A stretch of DNA of 53,222 nt, from positions 248,001-301,222 of the forward strand of contig RSEE01000083.1 in the NCBI GenBank assembly GCA_003971905.1, read 5' to 3'. The DNA is from Moniliella sp. 'wahieum' (lineage: Eukaryota). This document shows positions 1 through 11,157 of the stretch, piece after piece (position 1 is the stretch's first letter; the number at the start of each line of letters is the position of its first letter). Both the position numbers and the translations under genes were made by a program. The notes beneath the pieces are model-generated. The model had not been told where the DNA came from. It did not search any database and worked only from the letters and a program-made list of their open reading frames with translations.

Positions 1-30
1 GGCAGCCATGTACATCGACGCTTGCGCATC

Positions 31-931
31 TTAGTAGTAGTCCTGGTCTGGAGAGGAGGCGAATCGACGGTCTCCCGTCTCGCCGCTTGGACAATACAAC
101 AGGAATGGGCCGAATGAGAGAGTGGCAAAACTGCACCTGGCCGAAACAGCCGGTGCCCAACACCATGCTCGTCCGCTCGTGCATTGACCTCCCCCTCCCA
201 CCCGCCACCACGCACCGGACAAACGTATGCATTGACGGTCATGCATCATGCCCGAGGCATGCTGTCACATTGATACCATCGGCGCCGGTATAGTCAACTA
301 TAGGCAACGTTGCCAACTTAGCTCCCGCTAAGCCCGGCCCCAAACAGCCCACACCAACATCGGCAGCACGGTCCAGTGCACCTCCTTGAAGCAGACCAGG
401 GAAAACGCACCAGCGCCCCAGGCAGGTGAAGTCCCCCACATGGACGGCACCAGTCGACCTTTGGATGGGATGGGCATCGTGCTGTCGAAAGCCAGCGTCA
501 TGGTCTGCGGTTCAAAACAGATCGGGACCGAACACGGGGCAAGGCACATGCCGATCAAGACGGCGCAAAAGGCCAAATGGAAGCACTGCGTACAATGGGC
601 TAAGGTCAAGTCCCGCTTTTGGAGTAAGATGCGCTCTGGATAAGGGGGAGAGAACAGCGCAACCAGGCCTTCTTGTCATAGTCCCGAATGAAGACCGAGG
701 GGAAGACTTCCAAGAAGAGGGAGATGACACTGAGTGCCGTCGTGGACCAAGACCAATGAAATGCAGAGACCAGAAGCATCATAGGGTCCAGAATATGAAG
801 AAGAGGAATGCGCTTGATGAACGCCCCTCCGGTGATGAGGGTATAGTGGAAACAGGGGGGGTTGAACGACGACGAATATCGTCATCCGAGCCGCCTTCCC
901 TGGCCGGCTCTTCTTGCAGACGATGGGTCAT
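31..931 (-). CDS. MFS transporter (DHA1/drug:H+ antiporter-like), C-terminal half only; frameshifted, possibly truncated
   Basis: Stitching frames gives ALSVISLFLEVFPSVFIRDY ... GRLVPSMWG ... KEVHWTVLPML ... GLFGAGL ... IVDYTGADG ... FGPFLLY. These resemble TM7-TM12 segments of fungal DHA1 MFS proteins (FEAFPIVF, E.RL.P.M.G, VHWIVP, YLVD.Y). ATG at 931, stop at 31. Confidence 0.55.
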
Positions 932-1485
932 GCTGTTGGCCGCTTTTTAGTGCCCATTGCGGGCAGAGGGGTGACGGGGGGCTGGCTGTTTGGGTGCTGC
1001 TGTTGCGGTCATCGAATCGAAGAGGGAAATTTTTGATCTCACCAAAGCGACCGTACTCAGAGGTCTCTCAAATGGTTGCATTGCCAGAAAACTTCGACCC
1101 TCCGCTCGGAAAAGAAATCACTTGTGCCTATGCCTTTGCTCGGGAGATCCAATGGCTCCATTTCTTGTAGAGGCAAAAGGTGAGGGCTACGGGGGCGGAG
1201 AGCGACAAGGAACGCAGGCTGATGGGGATGGAACAACCCCGCAGGGCATCGTTCCCGCGCCGGCTGGCTCCTCAGATGAGGCTCAACACTCGGCGGAAGA
1301 CGCGGCGGAACGGAGGGAGTTTATGGGGTGTGGCGGGCTGGCCTGTGCGCGCGTGGGAGAGGAGCAGAAGCCAACGCGGCCATATATGCAGTTTAAGTAC
1401 CCACAGCAACCCAGCCGCAGCCGGGACGCCGCCACCGCACCTCCAAGTCTTCGCCCCGCTGCTCGGTGCCGGCCGGCCGACCAGG

Positions 1486-4400
1486 ATGCGCGTCTTTGGC
1501 GCCCACGACGGCGCGCTCCTCTCTGTGGACCAGCCGCTGGCTGCCTTCCCCACCACCAGCGCCCTCGCCGACGTCGTCGCTCTCGCCACCGGCATCGTAG
1601 CCGACGCAGTCATCCTCCTCACCCAGGACGGCGTGCAAGTAACGGACGAGCTGCTGCCCCAGCTGCTGGCCGAGCCCAGCGCCGACCCCGATCTGTTTGT
1701 CTTTTCTCGCCTCATCTTCTCTGCCGAGCCAGAGACGGTCGCGCCGTCGCTCCAGAGCGCGGTGGTGCTCCAGCCTCGGCTGCCTAGTACGTTTGCTCAC
1801 CTCTCTCTTGCCTGACAGGCACGGCGTGCGACCAGGCTCTGACTCTGACTCTGACTCTGACTCTGACTCTGACTCTGACTCTGACTCTGACTCTGACTCT
1901 GACTCTGACTCTGACTCTGACTCTGACTCTGACTCCTCTGCCTCACAGCCATCCCTATCTTCCGCCCACCGACGCCCAACGCGCTGCACGAGTTGGTGAC
2001 GATTGGGGAGCAGGCAGTGCGGACGGCGGCTCTGCACGCGCACCACGCTACCGCCCTCGCTGGCCGCCTGGGTGTCATCCAGCGCGCCTCGCCGTTGCCC
2101 TTCTCAACCTTGTTCAGCATGGGACGGGCATCCGGGACGTTGCGCGGGCCTTCCACACCGCCTGTACGACCGAGCTGCGACGCATGCGGTTCTTGCTGGA
2201 AGGGTGCAACAGGACCCTTTCGGCTCTGGACTTGGTCCAGGTCCGCCCTGAACTCCTGTCCTCCTCCTCGTGGGCAGCCCGGGCAGGAGCGAGTCGGCTG
2301 CCTTGCCGCCCACCCGCTTGCTGAGTAGTTGGATCAATAAGGATCGCATGCGCACCGTGGCAGGACAAGCTGAGACGGTGCTGCACACGCTCCAGAAGCA
2401 GCTCACAGCCCTGGGGGCAAGGGGAGAACTGCACGATGAGATGCGCAGGCTGCAGCAGACCTCTTCCCCTTCCCCCCGCGTATCCGAGGCGGAGGAGCAA
2501 GAGGCGGCAGGCGGCGGAACGGACACAGGCACTGGCGCACCGTATCAGCGAGATCGCCTCGCCCGACGCCAAGGGCTGGCCGGTGGCGGACAAGTTGACG
2601 GAGGATAAGCTTGTGGCGCTGTCGAGCGCGATGGATGAGATTGTGCAGTGTGATGAGGTGGCGCGCGACGCGCTCCGGCGCTTGACCCAGCAGCTCAATA
2701 GGGCCACCATGCGCGCTGTGCACCACCTCTCGCGCGTATCCAATCTGCAGAGCGCGTACGCCGACTATGGGATGGAAGTGGCCGAGATGCAAGCTGCCGT
2801 TCCGCTCTCGTCGCCCCACGGCCACGGCCCGATCCAAGTGGAGTGCTTTCCCTACTTGGAGCGTCTGGCCGCCATCTTGCCCGCCTATGCGGCCACGGTT
2901 GCAGAACGGGTACGGCGCTCCGAGTTTGCCGACCTATTCCTCGCTCGCTCCACTTCCTTCGCCCATGTGATGGCCACGTTCGGGTTGCAGGAGGAACGCA
3001 AACGAGCGCGATACGATACCCGCCACCCTACCCTTCTTCCCTGGCACATCGGACTTGACCAGCCCGCGCCCCGGTTGCACATCCAGACCGAGGCGACTGA
3101 GCTAGAGCCAGACACCACCCGGCCCCGGCGCGACCATATCTACGACCTGCTCAGCTTGCTCGACCACATCGAACATGAACTCGGGAGTACGTCTACCTCA
3201 CAGGAGTCCAGTGGGCCTGAGCCATCCAAGTAGCAACCCCCCTGTGCCTTCCCACTCGGATGAATCGCTTTCTTCCTCGCTCCCCCCCGCCCTCGCGAGC
3301 CCAATCGAAACGACACGGACGCTGCTGCGCGCGCTGTTGCACGAGCTGGATACCGTGCCAGAGCAGTTTGAGCAACTCGTCCGCACTCACTTGTTCAGCG
3401 CAGAGGAGGCCCTACCTCCCGACCCCGAGGCGGCCCCACATCCTCGAGCGGAACCCACCGTGCCCACGCAGCTGCCGACGGAACGCCGTGCCGAGCAAGA
3501 GACTGTGGACCGACTCACCGTGGAGCGGGACGCGGCGCGCGCCTCCCTGGCCCAAGCGCAGCAGGAACACACTCACTATGCGGCCGAGAAGGCAGCCTTG
3601 CACGCTTGCATCCAACGTCTCGCGTCCGAGGCACAAACCAACCAGCAGCAGCACCTCGCTTGTCGCACCCAGCTGGCCGCCCTGCAGGCTGAGGTGGAAC
3701 AGTTGCGGGGTGCGCGTCCCACGGACCAGGAGGACGATGGGGCTCCCACAGGACTTTTGGAGCCGAAACGGCCGTTGGAGCCGAGCCAGACGCTTCTGCC
3801 GAGCTCATCACAGCCTGAGGTGCCTAGCCAGAGTATGTTTCCGTCATCCCAAAGCCACGGATCCCAGAATGAGCATGATGCTTCGTCCCAAGGCAAGGGG
3901 GACGGAACGGCGTCTTTGCTCGCGGACGAGAGCGAGATGGCTAAGCTGAAGGAGGAGGTGAGAACGTTGCGCGCGCAACTGGAGCGAGAGCAAGGGGCGG
4001 CACGTGCGCTGGACCAAAGCATGGCGCAGGTTGAGGGAACGAGGGGGCGGACAGGGCGGCAACGGTGGCGACGGCAGCGCAGGTGGCGCAGATTCAAGGG
4101 GAGGCTGACGCCGCGAAGCGGGACTTGAGTTCGGCCCGTCGCGCCGCCCGGGCGGCGGCAGCGGATGCCGATGCGTTGACGGAGACGGTGGCGGTGCTGC
4201 AGACCCAGTTGGCTGCTGCTGACGAGGACCATGGGGTGCTTGTGCAGGAACTGGAGGCGGCGCACCCGCACGCCTGTGCCGACGCCGAGGCTGCTCGGCT
4301 ACCGAACGCTTGCATGAGCTGGTGCAGTCAGCCGCCCCGTGGGCCCACGCCCTGCTCCGCGTCCACCGCGCCCTCCTCGCTGTCCCACCCATGTCTAGCC

Positions 4401-5535
4401 GCGTGTCCCGCGCCGACTCCAAGTCCGAGCCTGCCTGTCCGCCTGTGCGGCTGACACCATGCCTGAGCCTGAGCACCGGCACGCGCAATCCGAGGTAACA
4501 GAGAAGTTATTTATTGCGTTGGACGCTCTCGATCTGGGCCCAGGCCGGGCAGGCGAGACGAACGTGGGATCGAACGGCAGCCACCCCGCTGCATCGACAA
4601 TACAGGACCAAGAAGGGGTCTCTCACTCTCCCACCCGCACTCCAAGCCAGAGGGCCCCGAGTTTCGCCCCCTGCCCTTGGTTCCCATTGAAGCGGCAGAG
4701 GGACGGAGCTCGCCGTCAGACTCGCCGCCGCTGGCAGCGACCGAGGCATCCTGCCCTCTGGATGAAGACGCCGACATTGATTCGCAGGACAAGGCCAGCG
4801 CCGTCACGGCGCCGAGCTGCCCAGCGCCGCGCGGGTGAAAGCGGTGGCGTGTGCGCTGACACGGATGTATGCGGTGGTCGTCCGGCCCCATAGCCTCCGA
4901 GGCAGAGGCGAAGCTGCAGAGTCTGGTCAAGGGTGAAAAGTGGATGCGGGGTACCGGAACCTGAAGGAAGCGTATAGCCAGCTGCGCCACCACGTGCCGT
5001 TGCCCCCCTCGGTCTCGGTCTCGGCCTCGGACTTGGCCTCGGCCTCGGGTAGCACAACCGACCGCCTCGCCTTTACAGCCCTTTCATCCGGGCGACCTGG
5101 CCCTCTTCCTCCCACCCGCGACCTTCTTGCGCCGCCCACCTGGGCTGCATTTAGTCTCACTTGCCCCCACCACTTTTTGAATACCTGCCGCCGCACTGCG
5201 CCGCGGCGGGCGCTCCGCAAGCGACGGCGACCGCTGCACTCGTGCACGGCCAACAGTTTCTCGTGGCGCGCATTGTCAGCATTGCCATGTACCAAGCTGG
5301 CTCGCCCGATCTGCTGGGCTTTGTACGGCTCGGGCCGGCCGGCGGGCGGGACAACGAGGCAGGTTGTGCTGTCGCAGCACGGAGGGAGATGAGCAACCCG
5401 TTTGGGCTGCCGCTGGGGGTGCGGTACTGTGTGCTGGATGCGGTTGCGTATGACGCGGCGGGGGGAGACGGGGCGGGGGCGGGGGCGGGGCGACGGGCCT
5501 GGACGGGGTGGGGGGGGGGGCGGGCGACGGCCTGA
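1486..5535 (+). CDS. ATG11: Autophagy-related protein 11 (Atg11/FIP200 scaffold); intron 1787-1948; several frameshifts
   Basis: N-terminus MRVFGAHDG...ATGIVADAVILLTQDG. Central coiled-coil region. C-terminal claw-domain motifs DRLAFT..F.PGDLALFLPTR, WAAFS, FLVARIVSI and SNPFGLPLGVRYCVLDA. The GTACGT...CAG intron joins the 1180 and 1993 ORF frames. Confidence 0.88.
1837..1935 (+). repeat. (CTCTGA)~16 hexanucleotide microsatellite inside the ATG11 intron
   Basis: Perfect 6-bp period over 99 bp, between the donor at 1787 and the acceptor at 1948. Confidence 0.97.
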
Positions 5536-5720
5536 CGGGGTGGGCGGGGCGGGGCGAACGGGCCTGGACGGGGTGGGGGCAACGCGGCTGCGGCGGGCAC
5601 GCTATGCGTCGCTCACCGCGCCACAGCTACGCAGGTAGACAGCGAGGCAGAATGGCATGGATGGATGCATCGAGCGCTGAGTCGTACAGACAGCGCGTCT
5701 GGTCCGGAGCGCGCCGGGAG

Positions 5721-5828
5721 CAGCGCCAACAGCAGCGCCAACAGCAGCGCCAACGGCAGCGCCAACAGCAGCGCCAACAGCAGCGCCCACAGCAGCGCCC
5801 ACAGCAGCGCCCACAGCAGCGCCAGGAG
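5721..5828. repeat. 12-bp minisatellite (CAGCGCCMACAG) x9 between ATG11 and PP1
   Basis: Five CAGCGCCAACAG-type units, three CAGCGCCCACAG units and one degenerate unit. Confidence 0.95.
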
Positions 5829-6144
5829 CAGCCCGCGGCTGCGTTTGGCCCGCGCAGGCACGCGCAGCGGGCACGAGCCATGCTTACGTGGCGGCGACGA
5901 GCGGCTGGCGGCGGCTAGCAACTGGCTCCGGCTGGCCACAACCGACTGGCCACGCCCCACTGGCGCGCTGCTGCGCGCACATAGGCTGACCGTCACCAGT
6001 CACTAGTCACGCCGCCCTCACTCGGGCCCAGCACCGCCCACCCCTCGCCACCTCCCCGCCCCCTCCACAGCCCCGCCCCCCCCCCCCCACCCCCCTGCCT
6101 TTCTCCGTTTCTTCTCTCCTTCCGTCTCCTCTGCTCTCCTGGCC

Positions 6145-7264
6145 ATGATCATCCCGACGCCCAGAAGACCGCGCCCGAGGTCGACCTCGAAAACATCATC
6201 GACCGCCTCCTCGAGGTATGCCCCCCCCCCCCCCCCCCCCTGCCGTGTCCCCCGCGCTGACCCCCCTCCCCAGTCCGCGGCTCCCGCCCCGGCAAGCCCG
6301 TGCACCTCGAGATACGAGATCCAGCACCTCTGCCTCAAGGCACGCGACACTCCATCAACCAACCCATCCTCCTCGAGCTCGAGGCGCCCATCAAGATCTG
6401 CGGCGACATCCACGGCCAGTACTACGACCTGCTCCGTCTGTTTGAGTACGCGGCTTCCCCCCCGAGGCCAACTACCTCTTCCTGGGCGACTATGTTGACC
6501 GCGGCAAGCAGTCGCTCGAGACCATCTGCCTCCTGCTCGCGTACAAGATCAAGTACCCTGAAAACTTTTTTATTCCTGCGCGGCAACCACGATGTGCCTC
6601 CATCAACCGCATTTACGGCTTCTAACGACGAGTGTACGTTGGTCCCGCCCTGCGTGCGTGCGTCCCGCCTGCTTGCGTTGACTGACCTGCCGACTGCCAG
6701 GCAAACGCAGGTTCAACATCAAGCTCTGGAAGACCTTTACCGACTGCTTCAACTGTCTCCCGATTGCCGCAGTGATTGACGAGAAGATCTTCACCATGCA
6801 TGGCGGTCTGTCGCCCGACCTGCAGAGCATGGAGCAGATCCGCCGCGTCATGCGGCCCACCGATGTGCCCGACACGGGGCTGCTGTGCGACCTGCTCTGG
6901 TCGGACCCGGACAAGGACGTGGCCGGCTGGTCGGAGAACGACCGCGGGGTGAGCTTCACGTTTGGTGCCGATGTGGTCGCGCGTTTCTTGCAGAAGCACG
7001 ACCTGGACCTGATTTGCCGCGCGCACCAAGTGGTGGAGGATGGGTACGAGTTCTTTGCCAAACGCCAACTGGTCACCCTCTTCTCGGCGCCCAACTACTG
7101 TGGCGAATTCGACAATGCAGGCGCTATGATGAGCGTCGACGAAACGCTGCTCTGTTCCTTCCAGATCCTCAAACCGGCCGAGAAGAAAACGAGGTATGCA
7201 TATGGCGGCATGGGCCCGGGCCGGCCCATCACGCCCACGCAAACCAAAGAAGAGAGACGCCTAA
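6145..7264 (+). CDS. GLC7: Serine/threonine protein phosphatase PP1 catalytic subunit; introns 6216-6273 and 6634-6700
   Basis: [84 protein letters not shown] and [36 protein letters not shown]. Canonical GT-AG introns with CTGAC branch sites. Confidence 0.97.
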
Positions 7265-7868
7265 GCCCTACCGGTACACCACCCTCACGCCATCCGCCAG
7301 GGCAGCACCCGTCGTCCTCATGCCGCAGAAGGGGGGGGCTGTGCCATGTGCATGTGCATGTCCATGCATGTCAGCAAGCCCAGCGCCTCGCCTTTTTCTT
7401 TTTTGTTTCCTCTGTTCTTGTCCCTCCCCCCCTCCGCTCTCATGCCGTCCCGGTACGGTCCCGACTCCTGTCCTTTAGGCTTACCAACTCCTGTCCTTTA
7501 CACTTTTCGTTTGTCCCCTGTTGGGAGGAGTGTTGCGATGCAGGCGGCGCGGATCGGGAGCGGCCTGGCCCGGCCCGAGCGCTGGCCTGTCCCAGCTGCC
7601 TGCCTCCCGGCGCCGCCCCGCTCGCCTAGCCGATGCGTCCGCTGGCTCCCCCCCGCGTCCTGTCGTGCTACCCACAGCTGTCGCGCTCGTTGAAACTCGT
7701 TGGAAGGAGCGGAAGGCTACTACTATATGCGTGCGACGAGCGACAGGTCGGTGGGAATAGCATGGTGCAGCGTAGCGTACGTGGAATAGATTGCTCGGCT
7801 GCGTCTCTCGCGCCAGCTGGGGACGGATGCGATCCCAGATCCCAGCTCCTAGATGCTAGATCATCCGC

Positions 7869-10818
7869 TCATAGGCCTCGCGGCTGCACCGCGCCCCAGG
7901 TGTAGAGCAGCGCGTGCTCATTGTCCTCCGTTACGCGCTTGACGTTGGCTCGCAGCTCATTGAGCGACGCCTGGACCTCGCGCAGGACAGGCGCCACGCT
8001 ATTTGCCGTCTTGCCACGCAGCGTCTTGCCATGGGCCGTCATGAGCGCGGCGAGCCAACGGAGGTGGTACTCGACATGGGGCGAGTTGGCACGCGGGTGC
8101 ATCCGCGCCGCCACCAAGCGCAGCAACGGCACCACATACAAACTCGGCACTTGGCCCGCCACCAAACTAATCATGCGCGGGATGCGTTCGTACATCTCGG
8201 CAACAGCCCGCGCTCGGCCAAGCGCAGCGCACCAATCAGCGCCATCAGGTGCTCCCCGTCCTGCGCCGCTTCCCGGATGCCCTGGGGGTCAGGTCGAGGT
8301 CCAAATCGAACGGGTCAAACTGCGCCGCAGAGCGGGCCGATCCAACGAGTAAATCGCAAGCCACTCGTCGTGCTCGTGCCCAGTTGCGGCCGTCGGATCG
8401 AAGGGATGCAGGGGAGCGCGACAGGGGTGGGGTGGAACGTTGGCTTCCATCCCGTTTGGACGCCGGGAAGACTCCGGTCCTTTCGCTGCGCATTCGTCAA
8501 CTCCTCGTCGTCCTGGAGCAGATCAATGTTGCCTGGGCGGTGAGCTTGCGCGAGTCGAGGCGGACCTGCAAGCCGTCAAAGTCAAAGTTGCCTGTAATCT
8601 GCCAGCGCTTGAGCAACACCTTCTCCCGTACATCGTACAGACAGATCCAGTTGCTGTTGCCCGATGCCAGCACGCTCTCCCCATCGGCCGAGTAGGTGGG
8701 GGGGAGGTGAAACAGTTGTCGCCCTTGCGGCTGTCGGCGGCGGTTCGATCGCCTCGCCTGCGCCACGTGCAATGTCCCGCCGCGCCTCAATCACGCCCGT
8801 TTGGGTCGATAGTTTGGTATCAAAGAAACTCAGGTTGCCATCCAGCGTCGCCACACAGCACTCGATCGAGTCGGGACGGAAGGCAACGGCCATAGCTTCG
8901 CTGTTGAGTTGGATCGTCTCGGTTTGCTTGCCGTCGCGGAACACCTCCCAGATCCGTAGCGTCCGGTCCCACGACACACTCACCAACGTGCCCCGCCCGT
9001 CGGGCGCAAATGTCAAGCCAGACACGGGGCCAGTATGCCCACCAAACGTCTCGATCAGCTTGCCCGTCTGGACGGACCACATGTAAATCTCAAACTGGTC
9101 CTGGCTGCCGGCCACCACCACCTCGCCACTTGGCTCGACGGCCAAGGAGCCAAACTGGACCGGATCCGGCGTGACAAACGTACGGAAGTTGCGGTAGCGA
9201 ATCAAGTCCCAGGCGCGCACCGTGCCGTCCAAACTGGCACTAAACAGGACCTGGCCACCGCGCTTGGCAAATTCCAACGCGGTCACTTCGGCCGTGTGCT
9301 GCTCAAATGTGACGGTGGCCAGACCGGTCGTCGTGTTCCACAACTTGAGCCGACCATCGCCACCGCCCGTGACGATGGTGGTGCCATCGGGAGAGTAGGC
9401 AAGCGAATGGATCAAGCCCATATGGTGCGCCTGCTGACGCAAAATGTAATTGCTCGACGCCCATTCCCACACCATCAGTTGGCTCGTCGAGCCGGAGCCG
9501 AGGCGAGCCAGTCGCCAGTCGGGGACAAGCGGGCGGGGTAGTGAGAGAGGCATGGGAGATACTCAGTTCATGCACCTTGCTAAAATCAGGCAGCGTGTGT
9601 AGTGTAAACACGCCCGAATCGAACGCGGTCAACAACAGACCCTGTGCAGCGTGGTAGTCCACCGACCGCACCTCCTCGTGCGCGCGAAAGTAGTAGAACC
9701 GTTCAGCAATGCCCCAGCGTGTAGTAGCCAGATGCGATGCGGGGGGTAACCGCTCCTCCTCTAACGCTTCCGTTGTCGCCGGGAACGTTGCTCCTCCTCC
9801 ATCTCCCGCTCCATCTCCACCTCCATCTCCTCCTCATCGCTCTCCTCCTCCTCTTCCGCCTTGGCACGCCACACAAAGCACGCACCGTCTCGGCTGACGG
9901 TATAGATCTCGGTTTCGTCCGCATTGAAGAAGGCGCCAATCACCGGAGCCTTGTGCCCACTAAACGTCTTGGGCTTGAACTTGCGCCAGCGCCGCACACC
10001 GCCCGGGTACTTGGGATCGGCAACGGGTTCCGCCAGCGGGACCAAGACCGGGTTGAGCGAATAGAGGCGGCAAGTCATGTCTTTGGAGGTGGTGAGGAAC
10101 ATGCTGCATTCCTGTCAGTTGCCATCCTCGGACGCGAAAGAAGGGGGGGGAGGGGGGGGAACGTACTCGCTGCTCTTGCTCCACGTGATGCTCAGCACAT
10201 CCTCAAAGTGACCCGTGTAGACACGGTGCAGCTCAAAGGGGGTGAAGGAAGGAGCGATGATGCCAATGGTCGGGGTCCCGTTCTGGTCGACGGTGGCAAA
10301 GCCCGGCGTCTTCCATACTTGGATATGGTGGTTGTGGGTGACGGCAAGGTAGCGCGCGTCGGGGCTGAACTGTGCGTCGCGCAGGGGCGCCTTGAAGGAG
10401 ATTTGGGCCAGGACGATTCGCGTCCGAGCGCGGCGGTGGAGCTGACACCGACCCCGCCCAGCGAGTCGGGCACGGTCGCCGTCGCGCGGAACGAGACTAG
10501 GTCGCGCGGCCGTCTTGTCGGAAGCAAGGAGGAGGTGGGTGTTGCTGTGCGGGCCGAGGGCAGGGGACAGAGCAAGACGCGCAATGGAATGCTTCAGCTC
10601 AAAGTCAAACGTGCGCGTCGACGTGGCATACACTGCGTCCTGCGCCGCCGCTGGCTCGCCGCCCGCGGAGGGGACGTGCTGCTGAGGGGAAAGACGCTGC
10701 AGCGGGCGCCAATGGGGCTGATGATGGACGACGAGTCGGGGGTGAAGACGACGTTGCTGATGCCGTCGTACACGCTGCCCAGGACGCTCTGGAGGTGGAA
10801 CTGGGTAGAGCCAGGCAT
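7869..10818 (-). CDS. PWP2: Periodic tryptophan protein 2 (Utp1), WD40 SSU processome component; intron 10104-10166
   Basis: N-terminus FHLQSVLGSVY...VVFTPDSSSIISPIG. LMVWEWASSNYILRQQAH, LFSASLDGTVRAWDLIRYRNFRTF, EIYMWSVQTGKLIE and ICLYDVREKVLLKRWQIT. Utp12-like C-terminal domain SPHVEYHLRWL. Confidence 0.95.
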
Positions 10819-11157
10819 CGCCGCACAACAACGATGGTGGTGGGGCGCGCTGGTTTGCAGAAAGCGAGCAAAGCCAGCTGGCCGCCAGCACAAAAAAGTC
10901 CAGGGTCGGTGCAACCGCTGCCGGGGCCAATTTCTCGGCACGTGACCGCATCGGTGCAAACCCCATTTCACCCAGGGGGACTGCCTGCCTTGAAGTATTT
11001 CTTGAAGCTTTCATGCCAGTTCAGCTCATTAGATTGCTGCTCCTTTTCGCCGGCCAGAGCAGGCCGTAACCAAGGGGGCATCGGTTGGCGTCTACAGCCG
11101 CGTGCCTATGCCAGAGAATGCCGCCCCCCACGCGATCTACAGACGGCGCGGTGAGCA

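Noticed and set aside
1697..1999. (SD)n, (ES)n or (QS)n repeat proteins in the ORF track
   Set aside because: These are translations of the intronic microsatellite; splicing 1787-1948 gives the in-frame Atg11 sequence.
5721..5828. Repeat arrays as a CRISPR-like locus
   Set aside because: Contiguous tandem units with no unique spacers, eukaryotic context and no cas genes.
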